From: Candidatus Saccharimonadota bacterium
GTDB lineage: Bacteria; Bacteroidota; Bacteroidia; Flavobacteriales; Blattabacteriaceae
Assembly (NCBI RefSeq): GCF_014252415.1
Contig: NZ_CP059223.1
Span: 548,139-580,138, forward strand
Length of the DNA: 32,000 nt
Direction of reading: 5' to 3'
Shown here: positions 9,489 to 18,301 of the stretch, piece by piece
Position numbering within the stretch: position 1 is the stretch's first letter
Layout: every line of letters begins with the position of its first letter
Translations under genes and position numbers: made by a program
The notes under the pieces: generated by a model
The model's input: only the letters and a program-made list of their open reading frames with translations
Databases searched by the model: none
Told to the model about the DNA's origin: nothing

Positions 9489-10433
9489 TTATAATGAATA
9501 TAAATATTTTTCTAAATCTAATGCTGCCATACATCCACTACCAGCAGAAGTAATAGCCTGTTTATAGTTAGGATCTTGAACGTCCCCTGCAGCAAAAACT
9601 CCTGGTATATTAGTATTAGTTGTTCCATTTTTTACTATAATAAATCCTTTATCATTTAAATTCAATTTATTTTTAAAAATATTTGTATTCGGATGATGAC
9701 CTATAGCGATGAATAATCCACTAATTAATTTTAATTGATATTTTTTTGTATTATGATTAAATATTTTAATTGCCTTTAAAACATTATCTCCTATAATTTC
9801 TGATATAGTAGACTGAAATAAAACATTAATATTATCATTATCAATAATATTATTTTGTAATATTTTAGATGCTCTAAAATAATTTTTTCTAACTAATAAA
9901 TATACTTTTTTACAAATTCTTGATAAATAATGAGCATCCTCTAAAGCAGTATCTCCACCACCTACTATAGCTATATCTTTACCTTTATGAAAAAATCCAT
10001 CACAAGTAGCACAAAAAGAAATACCTGCACCTAGTAACTGTCTTTCTTTTTTAATTCCAAGACATTTAGGAGTAGATCCTGTAGCAATAATAACTCCTTT
10101 GCTCATTAATAAATTATTTTTTTTTTTTCCAAAAAATATTTTATGAATTCCACCTATATAATTACATAAATCTACCTCATATACAGATTCATTTAATATT
10201 TCAACATTAAAACGTTCTGCTTGTTTTCTACAATTATCCATAAATTGATTTCCATCAATTCCATGGGGAAATCCTAAATAATTATCAACATAATTTGTAT
10301 TAGTTAATTGTCCTCCAGGTAAATCTCCTAAAATTATAATTGGATCTAAACCATATCTAGCTGCATAAATAGAGGCAGAATATCCTGCTGGTCCAGACCC
10401 TATAATTATACAATTATGTATTTTATTATTCAT
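9489..10433 (-). CDS. trxB: Thioredoxin-disulfide reductase
   Basis: The 314-aa ORF has the FAD motif IIGSGPAGYSA, the redox-active CATCDG and the NADPH motif VGGGDTALEDA. Confidence 0.93.
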   Translation of the reverse strand: MNNKIHNCIIIGSGPAGYSASIYAARYGLDPIIILGDLPGGQLTNTNYVDNYLGFPHGIDGNQFMDNCRKQAERFNVEILNESVYEVDLCNYIGGIHKIFFGKKKNNLLMSKGVIIATGSTPKCLGIKKERQLLGAGISFCATCDGFFHKGKDIAIVGGGDTALEDAHYLSRICKKVYLLVRKNYFRASKILQNNIIDNDNINVLFQSTISEIIGDNVLKAIKIFNHNTKKYQLKLISGLFIAIGHHPNTNIFKNKLNLNDKGFIIVKNGTTNTNIPGVFAAGDVQDPNYKQAITSAGSGCMAALDLEKYLYSL

Positions 10434-10435
10434 TT

Positions 10436-10443
10436 TAATTTTG
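10436..10443 (+). promoter_or_regulatory. Candidate -7 promoter box (TAATTTTG) upstream of the HsdR_N-like gene
   Basis: It is an exact TAnnTTTG match 30 nt upstream of ATG 10473. It lies inside the longer ORF-track extension (10416 start), which argues for the 10473 start. Confidence 0.3.
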
Positions 10444-10472
10444 TATTAAATTCAATAAAATTATTAAATAAA

Positions 10473-10904
10473 ATGAATACATTGTCTTTTTTCATAAAAA
10501 AATATCTTTTTTTAAAAAAAAAAAAAGAAAAGATATATATATATTGCACAATTAGAAAAAAATTTCTTCTTTATAAAGAAGAGGAAGTAACACGTCAATA
10601 TATAATTTTTTTGTTAAAAAAGATAAAAAAGTATCATACTTCCAACATTTTATTAGAATACCCTATATACATAAATAAATTTTTTTATAAAAGATTAGAT
10701 ATACTGGTAAAAAAAAATAATAAACCTCATATAATTATCGAATGTAAATCAATATCTACTGTAATAACACAAAAAACATTTGATCAAATATCGTTATACA
10801 ATAAGTTTATAAAATCTCCATATTTAATAATAAGTAATGGATTAAAAAATTTTATTTTCAAGAAAAAAAAAAATAGATTTGATTCCATTAAATTTATTCC
10901 ATAA
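10473..10904 (+). CDS. Conserved Bacteroidota protein with HsdR N-terminal-like (PD-(D/E)xK nuclease fold) domain, function unknown
   Basis: The sequence matches my memory of the stand-alone family annotated as type I restriction enzyme HsdR N-terminal domain-containing protein (IRKKF..L..EE.VRQ; RLDILV...PHIIIECKS; TQKTFDQISLYN; YLIISNGL). No restriction-modification partner genes are nearby. Confidence 0.6.
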   Translation: MNTLSFFIKKYLFLKKKKEKIYIYCTIRKKFLLYKEEEVTRQYIIFLLKKIKKYHTSNILLEYPIYINKFFYKRLDILVKKNNKPHIIIECKSISTVITQKTFDQISLYNKFIKSPYLIISNGLKNFIFKKKKNRFDSIKFIP

Positions 10905-10911
10905 ATCATTA

Positions 10912-11922
10912 TTATTTAATTTCATTCATATAATTAATAATATCTAACAATTTATTTGAATATCCAAATTCATTATCATACCAAGATATTATTTTTATAA
11001 AATTTGAAGTTAACATTATACTAGCGTTAGCATCAAAAATAGAAATTCTATTATCCCCTAAAAAATCTGTAGAAACAACATCTTCTTCTGTGTAACCTAA
11101 AATTCCATATAAAGTAGTTTCAGATGCTTTTTTCATTTCATATTTTATATCATTATAATTAACATTAGTTTTTAGACAAACAGTGAAATCTAACACTGAT
11201 ACATTAGAAATAGGAACTCTAAAAGCCATTCCTGTTAATTTCCCATTTAAATTAGGTATAATTTTTCCTAATGAACTAGCAGCACCTGTAGATGAAGGAA
11301 TTATATTAATTAATGATGATCTACCGGATCTCCAATCTTTATGTGAAATAGAATCTACTACATTTTGACTGGAAGTACTTGCATGTATAGTAGTCATTAA
11401 TCCTTTATCTATACCAAATTTATCATTCAAAACTTTAACAATAGGAGCTAAACAATTTGTTGTGCACGATGCATTAGAGATAATGATATCGTTTTTACTT
11501 ATTTTTTTATGATTAACACCCATAATAAACATTGGAATATCATCTCCTTTTGGAGGAGCTGATAATATTACTTTCTTAGCCCCTGCTTCTAAGTGCCCAA
11601 GAATAGAATTTTTATTTAAAAAAATACCTGTAGATTCAATGACATATTCCACTCCCATAAGCCCCCATGATAAATTTTTAGGATTTTTTTCATTAGTAAC
11701 TTTAATTTTATTCCCATTTATAATTAAATAATTTTTATCAACAATAATTTTATTATTTCGAAAATGTTGATGAATAGAATCATATTTGAATATATAAGAT
11801 AAATATTCTATAGACATTAAATCATTTATACAAACAACTTCTATATTTTTTCTACTTAGAGCAGAAAGTACAACTAGTTTACCTATTCTACCAATTCCAT
11901 TAATTCCTATTTTAATAGACAT
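10912..11922 (-). CDS. gap: Glyceraldehyde-3-phosphate dehydrogenase (type I)
   Basis: The 336-aa ORF has [10 protein letters not shown] (NAD binding) and the catalytic [12 protein letters not shown] motif, and ends WYDNEFGYS. Confidence 0.94.
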   Translation of the reverse strand: MSIKIGINGIGRIGKLVVLSALSRKNIEVVCINDLMSIEYLSYIFKYDSIHQHFRNNKIIVDKNYLIINGNKIKVTNEKNPKNLSWGLMGVEYVIESTGIFLNKNSILGHLEAGAKKVILSAPPKGDDIPMFIMGVNHKKISKNDIIISNASCTTNCLAPIVKVLNDKFGIDKGLMTTIHASTSSQNVVDSISHKDWRSGRSSLINIIPSSTGAASSLGKIIPNLNGKLTGMAFRVPISNVSVLDFTVCLKTNVNYNDIKYEMKKASETTLYGILGYTEEDVVSTDFLGDNRISIFDANASIMLTSNFIKIISWYDNEFGYSNKLLDIINYMNEIK

Positions 11923-11941
11923 ATATAATTATTTTTATAGA

Positions 11942-13729
11942 TCATTCTTTAATTTTCAAAAAATTTATAAAAGTAGAAGATGGAACTTCCACTTTACCTA
12001 ATTTTCTCATTTTATTTTTTCCTTTTTTTTGTTTATCTAATAATTTTTTTTTACGACTGATATCTCCACCATAACATTTATCAATAACATTTTTTCTTAA
12101 AGGTTTTATATTCTCTCTTGCTATAATTTTTCCAAATATGGAAGCTTGAATAGGTATATTAAATTGATGCTTAGGAATTAAAATAGATAATTTTTTACAA
12201 ATCTTTTTTGCTAATGATCTTGATTTATCCTTATGTGATAACATTGATAATGATTCAATTTTTTCATTATTAATTAATATCGTAATTTTTTCTAAATTAG
12301 AATATCTATAACCAATAAAATTATAATCAAATGTAGCATATCCTTTAGTAATAGTTTTTAGTTTATCATAAAAATCTAAAATAATTTCTGATAGTGGAAT
12401 TTCAAATGATATTTTGACTTTTTCATATGAAAAATATTTTTGATCCATCATAACCCCCCGTTTTTTTATACATAATGATATTACATTTCCAACATAATCT
12501 TTTTTAGTAAAAATAGAAATAAAAATATAAGGTTCTTCTACTTTTTTAAATTTTCCAAATTCTGGAAAATTTGATGGATTATTTATTGTAATAACTTTAT
12601 TTTCTTTTGTATAAATCTTATAAGAAACATTAGGTATTGTAACTATTATAGAAACCCCAAATTCTCTTTCTAAACGATCTTTAATAATTTCCATATGTAA
12701 CATTCCTAAAAATCCACAATGAAATCCAAAACCTAAGGCAGGAGAAGATTCCGGAGTAAATGAAATAGAAGCATCATTCAATTTTAATTTGTTCATAGAA
12801 TTACGTAATTCTTCATATTTATCATTATCTATTGGATAGATACTAGAAAAAACCATTGGTTTTACTTTCTCAATATTTTTTATTTTTGTTATTTTAGAAC
12901 AATTAAATTCTATTATTGTATCACCCACTATTACTTCAGAAGTATTTTTAATTCCTGATATTATATACCCTACATCTCCTGTATTAATTTTATTTTTAGG
13001 TATTTTTTTTAACTTAAGATTACCAATTTCATTAGCATAAAAAGTTTTACCTGTGGTAAACAATTTTAATTGTTGTCCCTTTTTTATAGATCCATTTTTT
13101 ATTCTAAAAAAAATTTCTATTCCTTTATATGGATTATATATAGAATCAAATATTGTTGCTTCTAATGGACTATCAGTGTCTCCTTTTGGATGGGGTATTT
13201 TATTAACTATTTCATGTAATATTTTTTCTACACCTATTCCATATTTTGCACTTACATTAACAATATCATTTTTTTTACATTTCAATAGCCCCATTATTTC
13301 TTTTAAAACATTATTATTTGAATCACATAAATCTATTTTATTCAATACAGGAATAATAACAAGATTATTTTTTAATGCTAAAGATAAATTATATATTGTT
13401 TGAGATTGAATACTTTTTGTGCAATCAACCACCAATAAAGCTCCTTCACAAGAAGATATAGAACGAGATACTTCATAAGAAAAATCTACATGTCCAGGAG
13501 TATCTATTAAATTAAGGATATATCTATCATTTTTATGCTTATAATTCATTTGTACCGCATGACTTTTAATAGTAATACCTCTTTCTCTTTCCAAATCCAT
13601 GTCGTCTAATAATTGATTTCTACTTTTCTTTGGTATTGTATTAGTCAATTCTAATAAACGATCAGCTAAGGTACTTTTACCATGATCTATATGTGCAATA
13701 ATACAAAAATTACGAATATAATGAATCAT
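11942..13729 (-). CDS. lepA: Translation elongation factor 4 (LepA)
   Basis: The 595-aa ORF has GTPase motifs (AHIDHGKST, DTPGHVDF, NKID) and the LepA-specific C-terminal region (YGGDISRKKKLLDKQKKGK). Confidence 0.95.
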   Translation of the reverse strand: MIHYIRNFCIIAHIDHGKSTLADRLLELTNTIPKKSRNQLLDDMDLERERGITIKSHAVQMNYKHKNDRYILNLIDTPGHVDFSYEVSRSISSCEGALLVVDCTKSIQSQTIYNLSLALKNNLVIIPVLNKIDLCDSNNNVLKEIMGLLKCKKNDIVNVSAKYGIGVEKILHEIVNKIPHPKGDTDSPLEATIFDSIYNPYKGIEIFFRIKNGSIKKGQQLKLFTTGKTFYANEIGNLKLKKIPKNKINTGDVGYIISGIKNTSEVIVGDTIIEFNCSKITKIKNIEKVKPMVFSSIYPIDNDKYEELRNSMNKLKLNDASISFTPESSPALGFGFHCGFLGMLHMEIIKDRLEREFGVSIIVTIPNVSYKIYTKENKVITINNPSNFPEFGKFKKVEEPYIFISIFTKKDYVGNVISLCIKKRGVMMDQKYFSYEKVKISFEIPLSEIILDFYDKLKTITKGYATFDYNFIGYRYSNLEKITILINNEKIESLSMLSHKDKSRSLAKKICKKLSILIPKHQFNIPIQASIFGKIIARENIKPLRKNVIDKCYGGDISRKKKLLDKQKKGKNKMRKLGKVEVPSSTFINFLKIKE

Positions 13730-13748
13730 ATAAAATTTTTATTTTAAA

Positions 13749-13825
13749 TAACCTTGAAGGGGTTCGAACCCATACCATAGGAATCGGAATCCTATATTCT
13801 ATCCTAAAAATTAAACTACAAGGTT
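13749..13825 (-). tRNA. tRNA-Arg (anticodon CCG)
   Basis: Hand fold of the minus strand gives acceptor AACCTTG/CAAGGTT, anticodon arm TAGGA-TTCCGAT-TCCTA and T arm ATGGG-TTCGAAC-CCCTT (U50-U64 mismatch). The D arm GTTT-(13-nt loop containing GG)-GAAT is unusually long. No CCA is encoded. Confidence 0.75.
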
Positions 13826-13843
13826 GAATATTTTTTTTATACA

Positions 13844-14413
13844 TTATTTAATTAAATTTATGGTATTATTTAGTCCGTTTATGATAAATGAAAATATTAT
13901 TTCTATTATTTTATTAGATTTTGAATCTAAAATATCTAATTCTTCTTTTTTCCAATTATTTAATACATAATTATGATAATTAACTTCTTTTAGATTTTTA
14001 TTTTCTGTTCCAATCCCGAATTTAAATCTAGAATAATTTGATGTTTTTATTTCTTTTTCTATACTTTTTAAACCATTATGTCCTCCACTTCTTCCTTTTT
14101 TTCTTAAACGGATAATTCCAAATTTAAGATAAATATCGTCAGATATTACAAGAATGTTTTTTATATATATATTTTCTTTTTTAATCCAGAAAAAAATAGA
14201 TTTTCCACTATGATTCATGTAAGTAGTAGGTTTTAACAAAATTATAGATTTATTATCAAATTCTAATTTTGATATAAAACCTAATTTTCTTTCTATAAAA
14301 GAAACATTATATTTTTTTGATATTTTATCTAAAATAAAGAATCCAATATTGTGTCTTGTTTTATAATAATTAGCCCCAGGATTTCCTAGTCCTATTATTA
14401 AAAATTTTTTCAT
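13844..14413 (-). CDS. pth: Peptidyl-tRNA hydrolase
   Basis: The 189-aa ORF has the Pth motifs LIIGLGNPG..Y..TRHNIGF and GGHNGLKSI. Confidence 0.9.
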   Translation of the reverse strand: MKKFLIIGLGNPGANYYKTRHNIGFFILDKISKKYNVSFIERKLGFISKLEFDNKSIILLKPTTYMNHSGKSIFFWIKKENIYIKNILVISDDIYLKFGIIRLRKKGRSGGHNGLKSIEKEIKTSNYSRFKFGIGTENKNLKEVNYHNYVLNNWKKEELDILDSKSNKIIEIIFSFIINGLNNTINLIK

Positions 14414-14417
14414 TGTA

Positions 14418-15314
14418 TTATTTTTTGATATTATTCTTTATTATATTATTTACTGTTATACCTATTTCATCTGGAGAATAAACTATATGTACCCCTAATT
14501 TTTTCAAAATTTTCATTTTTACTTGTGCAGTTTCTATTTTTTTTCTTATAATTGCACCTGCATGTCCCATTATTTTTCCTTGAGGAGCAGTTTTTCCTGC
14601 TATAAAACCAACTATAGGTTTTTTAATAATTATTTTTTCATTTATCATCCATTTAATTGCATCTATTTCTTGTTGTCCACCTATTTCTCCAATAATTACA
14701 ATGCAATCTGTTTCAGAATCTTGTAAAAAAAGTTTTAAAATATATTTAATATCTGTTCCAATAATACTATCCCCACCTACTCCAATTGCAGTAGAAATAC
14801 TGTGTCCCATTTTCATAATTTGATCTGCCGCTTCATATGTTAAAGTTCCAGATCTAGATATAATCCCTACATTACCTTTTTTTTTAAAAATAGAATTTGG
14901 CATGATACCTACCTTTGATTTTTCAGGAGAAATAATTCCAGGACAATTAGGTCCGATTAAAATCGTTTTTTTATTATTTAAATAATATTTAATTTTTATC
15001 ATGTCTGATACTGGAATTCCTTCTGTAATACATACAATTATATTTATATTTGAAAATATAGATTCTACAATAGCATCAAATGAATAATTAAAAGGAACAA
15101 AAATAACACTAACAAATCCTCCTGTTTTATTAACAGCATCTTCAACTGTATTAAAAATTGGGATTTTCATAAAATTTTTACCTCCTTTTCCTGGAGTAAC
15201 TCCCCCAACTATATTAGTACCATAATTTATCATTTGTTCCGTATGAAACATTCCTTCTTTTCCAGTCATACCTTGTACAATAACTCTAATGTTTTTATCA
15301 ATTAAAATACTCAT
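14418..15314 (-). CDS. sucD: Succinate--CoA ligase (ADP-forming) alpha subunit
   Basis: The 298-aa ORF has VIVQGMTGKEG, GPNCPGII, SRSGTLTYEA and the phosphohistidine loop MGHAGAII. Confidence 0.94.
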   Translation of the reverse strand: MSILIDKNIRVIVQGMTGKEGMFHTEQMINYGTNIVGGVTPGKGGKNFMKIPIFNTVEDAVNKTGGFVSVIFVPFNYSFDAIVESIFSNINIIVCITEGIPVSDMIKIKYYLNNKKTILIGPNCPGIISPEKSKVGIMPNSIFKKKGNVGIISRSGTLTYEAADQIMKMGHSISTAIGVGGDSIIGTDIKYILKLFLQDSETDCIVIIGEIGGQQEIDAIKWMINEKIIIKKPIVGFIAGKTAPQGKIMGHAGAIIRKKIETAQVKMKILKKLGVHIVYSPDEIGITVNNIIKNNIKK

Positions 15315-15316
15315 AT

Positions 15317-16570
15317 TTATAAATTTATTTTTTGTACTATTTTTGCAACCATTTCAGCTTCTACAACCAAGTTTTTTTTTACATATCCAATTCCTTTCAT
15401 AAAAATTATTCCTCTTTTCATAGATTCTAATAAATATACTTTAAGAATCATAATATCTCCAGGAATAACTTTTTTTTTGAATTTTACTTTATCTATTTTT
15501 ATTAAATAAGTTGAATATAATTCAGGATTCTGTATTTTACTTAAAATTAGTATTCCTCCTACTTGAGCAATTGATTCTATTTGTAATACTCCAGGCATTA
15601 TTGGTTCATTTGGAAAATGTCCTATAAAAAAATATTCATTAATAGTAACATTTTTTATTCCAATTATATGATTATCTGATAAATCTATAATTTTATCCAC
15701 AAATAAAAATGGAGGTTTATGAGGTAAAATATTTGCGATATTTTTTATGTCAAAAATTGTTTTTTTGTTTAAATCTATTTTAACAATATTTAATTTATTT
15801 AATGTATAAATTTTTTTCATTAATTTTTTTAAAAATTTTATCATCATAATATTATCAGGATTATGAATAATAATTTTTCCTTTTATTTTTATATCTACTA
15901 ATGAAAAAAAACCTATTATATCCAATAAAAAATGTTTAACTATTTCATTAAAATTAAGTCCTATCAAATTTTTTTTTCTATGATCCTTATTTAAAATACA
16001 AAACGATTTAGATTTAGCAATTAATTTAAATTGATCAAATTTTCTAAAGAAAGCATTTTGTGAATCTATTTGATTAGATTCAAAATCCATAAAAATTATT
16101 ATTTCAAATATATTAGAAGGAATAGCAATAATTTCTCCACCCGTTTTTCTATTTTTTATAGAAAAAAATTCTTTTATTGTAAAAATTTTTTTTTCCGCAT
16201 TTTGTTCAATTATTCCAACTTTTTCTATAGCATCCACAAATAATTTAGACGATCCATCTAACATAGGTACCTCAATATTATCTAATTCTATTATTACATT
16301 ATCTAAATCCATTCCATTAAGAGCTGCCATAATATGTTCAATTGCATAAATTGTTAGTCCATTTTTTTCTAAAATAATTCCTTTATTTATTTCTTTAAAA
16401 GAACTAAAATTAACTTTTATACAAGGTTTTTTATTTAAATCAATTCTTACAAATAAAAACCCTGTAAATATTGGAGCAGGATTTAGAATAATATTTATTT
16501 TTTTTCCAGTATATAAACCTATTCCTTGAAAAAATATTTTTTTTGCAATAGTTTTTTGTTTTTTTAACAT
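15317..16570 (-). CDS. lpxC/fabZ: Bifunctional UDP-3-O-acyl-GlcNAc deacetylase / 3-hydroxyacyl-ACP dehydratase (LpxC-FabZ fusion)
   Basis: The N-terminal roughly 255 aa are LpxC-like (GIGLYTGKK, IEHIMAAL, PMLDGSS, KHFLLDIIG). The C-terminal roughly 146 aa are FabZ (LPHKPPFLFVD, GHFPNEPIMPGVLQIESIAQ). This fusion is typical of Bacteroidota. At 417 aa it is shorter than I expect for the fusion. Confidence 0.85.
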   Translation of the reverse strand: MLKKQKTIAKKIFFQGIGLYTGKKINIILNPAPIFTGFLFVRIDLNKKPCIKVNFSSFKEINKGIILEKNGLTIYAIEHIMAALNGMDLDNVIIELDNIEVPMLDGSSKLFVDAIEKVGIIEQNAEKKIFTIKEFFSIKNRKTGGEIIAIPSNIFEIIIFMDFESNQIDSQNAFFRKFDQFKLIAKSKSFCILNKDHRKKNLIGLNFNEIVKHFLLDIIGFFSLVDIKIKGKIIIHNPDNIMMIKFLKKLMKKIYTLNKLNIVKIDLNKKTIFDIKNIANILPHKPPFLFVDKIIDLSDNHIIGIKNVTINEYFFIGHFPNEPIMPGVLQIESIAQVGGILILSKIQNPELYSTYLIKIDKVKFKKKVIPGDIMILKVYLLESMKRGIIFMKGIGYVKKNLVVEAEMVAKIVQKINL

Positions 16571-16852
16571 ATTTTATGTATATCTAGTAAGAAATAAATA
16601 ATTGTGTGTAAATAATTTATTCAGATAAATAATTTAACTAAACTAAACTAATTATATCTCATGAAATGAGACGTTTATTTATTTTTTTAACAGGTTTTGT
16701 TATAGGATTTTTAATACTTATTATATTAACGTAATACAGTAATACCAATAATAAAATTTTTAAAAATTCAATATGAAAAAATATATTAACTTTACTTCGT
16801 TAAGTAACAATACATAATATATTAAAATATTATTTTAATCTTTAACTTTAAT

Positions 16853-17002
16853 ATGAAAAGAACATTTAATCCTTCTAATAGAAAAAAAATTAACGTTCAT
16901 GGATTTATGAGGAGAATGAGAACAAAAAATGGACGTTCTATCATATGTAGAAGAAGAAGAAAAAATAGAAAAAAATTGACTGTTTTAAATTATAAAAAAT
17001 AA
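16853..17002 (+). CDS. rpmH: 50S ribosomal protein L34
   Basis: My hand translation gives 49 codons: [49 protein letters not shown], then a TAA stop. This is the classic L34 pattern (MKRTFQPS..R....HGFR.RM....GR.....RR.KGRK.L). It is absent from the ORF track because it is short. Confidence 0.92.
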   Translation: MKRTFNPSNRKKINVHGFMRRMRTKNGRSIICRRRRKNRKKLTVLNYKK

Positions 17003-17008
17003 TTTTTA

Positions 17009-18160
17009 TTAAAAAATACTAGATTCTAAATCTCCAATTTTAGGAATGAAATTAAGTATTTTTTTCTTTTTTATTTCTTTATAAGAAAAAAAATTTGATA
17101 AATCTCCAATATCAACTATTTTTAATTTAGATTCTAAAGTTTTTTTTTTAAAATTAAATTCATCAAAATTTTTTATTCCAATATCTAATGAAAATGTTGA
17201 GTTATTTATATTTATTTTTATATTTCTATATACTTTATCTAATAGAACTTTTCTATTTTTCCTTATATATAAATAATATTTATAATTTTTTTCTATATTC
17301 TTTTTAAAAGAAATTAAGTAAAAAGAAAATATCATTGATAATGTATGATATTTTCTAACTAAATTTTTCTTATTATCTTCAGGATAATTACCTGCTTCAA
17401 TTAATATACATGAATATCCCATTTTTTGTAGACAATCACCGGTTGCATTAGGATAATATTTATCGGAGTATCTTCCTATTGAAGCAATAGAAGGAATAAA
17501 ATTTTTAATTTCTTTTGTTATTTCATATATGATACCCATAGATTTCATTCTTTCAAAACTAATATTTTTTTTATAAGATGAAGATAAAGGAGACAAAAAA
17601 GATAATATAGCAGGATTAAATTTTTTATTATTAACGTTATATACACTTTTTTGATCATGAAGATTAAATAATATGTTTGGATTTTCCTTTTTTATTTCTT
17701 TAAATAAAATTTTAATTTCTGGAGAAATTAGTTTTATAGCATCTCTATTTAAATCTATATTTATAGCATTTCTTCTTTGAAAAAATTCTGATCCATCAGG
17801 ATTTAACATTGGAATAAATAAAATAGTAATTTTTTTTGATAAAAATTTTATAGTTCCATGATCTTTTTTTTTAAATAAAAAGTTAAGAATATCCATCATA
17901 GATTTTGTTCCTGTTGTTTCATTTCCATGCATTTGAGACCAAATAAAAATTTTTATTTTACCATATCCAAATTTAATTTTAAATATTTTTCTATTATTTA
18001 TAGAATATCCTACAGTTTTAATAGAAAAAATATTTTTGTTTTTATATTTATTCAATATTTTAATTAAATCATAATGTTTAAAAATTTTAGATTTATTAAT
18101 ATCTAATTCTTTAAAAGAATCATAATCTTTTAGTATAGATTTAGAATTAAAAAAATACAT
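17009..18160 (-). CDS. M14-family zinc carboxypeptidase (no obvious signal peptide)
   Basis: The 383-aa ORF has the HxxE zinc motif (SQMHGNETTG), NPDG, a second zinc His (FNLHDQ) and the catalytic Glu context (CILIEAGN). Confidence 0.75.
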   Translation of the reverse strand: MYFFNSKSILKDYDSFKELDINKSKIFKHYDLIKILNKYKNKNIFSIKTVGYSINNRKIFKIKFGYGKIKIFIWSQMHGNETTGTKSMMDILNFLFKKKDHGTIKFLSKKITILFIPMLNPDGSEFFQRRNAINIDLNRDAIKLISPEIKILFKEIKKENPNILFNLHDQKSVYNVNNKKFNPAILSFLSPLSSSYKKNISFERMKSMGIIYEITKEIKNFIPSIASIGRYSDKYYPNATGDCLQKMGYSCILIEAGNYPEDNKKNLVRKYHTLSMIFSFYLISFKKNIEKNYKYYLYIRKNRKVLLDKVYRNIKININNSTFSLDIGIKNFDEFNFKKKTLESKLKIVDIGDLSNFFSYKEIKKKKILNFIPKIGDLESSIF

Positions 18161-18265
18161 ATATAAAAAATTTAGTATTATAAATTATAAACAATTAATA
18201 TAAACTACGAAAATAACAAAAAAATTTATTAAACAATTTTATACATTTTTATTATCAAATTTTAT

Positions 18266-18273
18266 TACTTTTG
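18266..18273 (+). promoter_or_regulatory. Candidate -7 promoter box (TACTTTTG); a second match TAATTTTG lies at 18282-18289
   Basis: These are exact TAnnTTTG matches 29 nt and 13 nt upstream of ATG 18302 of the CPBP protease gene. The second match overlaps the TTG codon used as the start in the ORF track. Confidence 0.3.
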
Positions 18274-18301
18274 TTATCTAATAATTTTGTATCATATTAT
18301 T

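Noticed and set aside
9481-9534. 18-codon N-terminal extension of glyQS in the ORF track, overlapping trxB
   Set aside because: Homology to GlyRS N-termini begins at Met19 (ATG at 9480). The extension (MYGSIRFRKIFIFIIKIF) is junk-like, and it would overlap the trxB 3' end by 46 nt.
10416-10472. 19-codon N-terminal extension of the HsdR_N-like ORF, overlapping the trxB start
   Set aside because: The extension overlaps the divergent trxB start codon and contains the candidate -7 box. The family-like sequence begins after Met20 (10473).
11183-11368. 61-aa plus-strand ORF inside gap
   Set aside because: It is an antisense shadow of GAPDH, which has canonical motifs on the minus strand.
13053-13403. 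116-aa plus-strand ORF inside lepA
   Set aside because: It is an antisense shadow of lepA. Its Phe/Ile/Leu-rich composition is what antisense of Lys/Asn/Glu-rich codons would produce.
14523-14726. 67-aa plus-strand ORF inside sucD
   Set aside because: It is an antisense shadow of sucD with no motif support.
16636-16650. (AACTA)x3 tandem pentamer as a repeat or regulatory element
   Set aside because: It has only three copies (15 nt) in low-complexity AT-rich spacer. I note it under the spacer finding but cannot support it as an independent feature.
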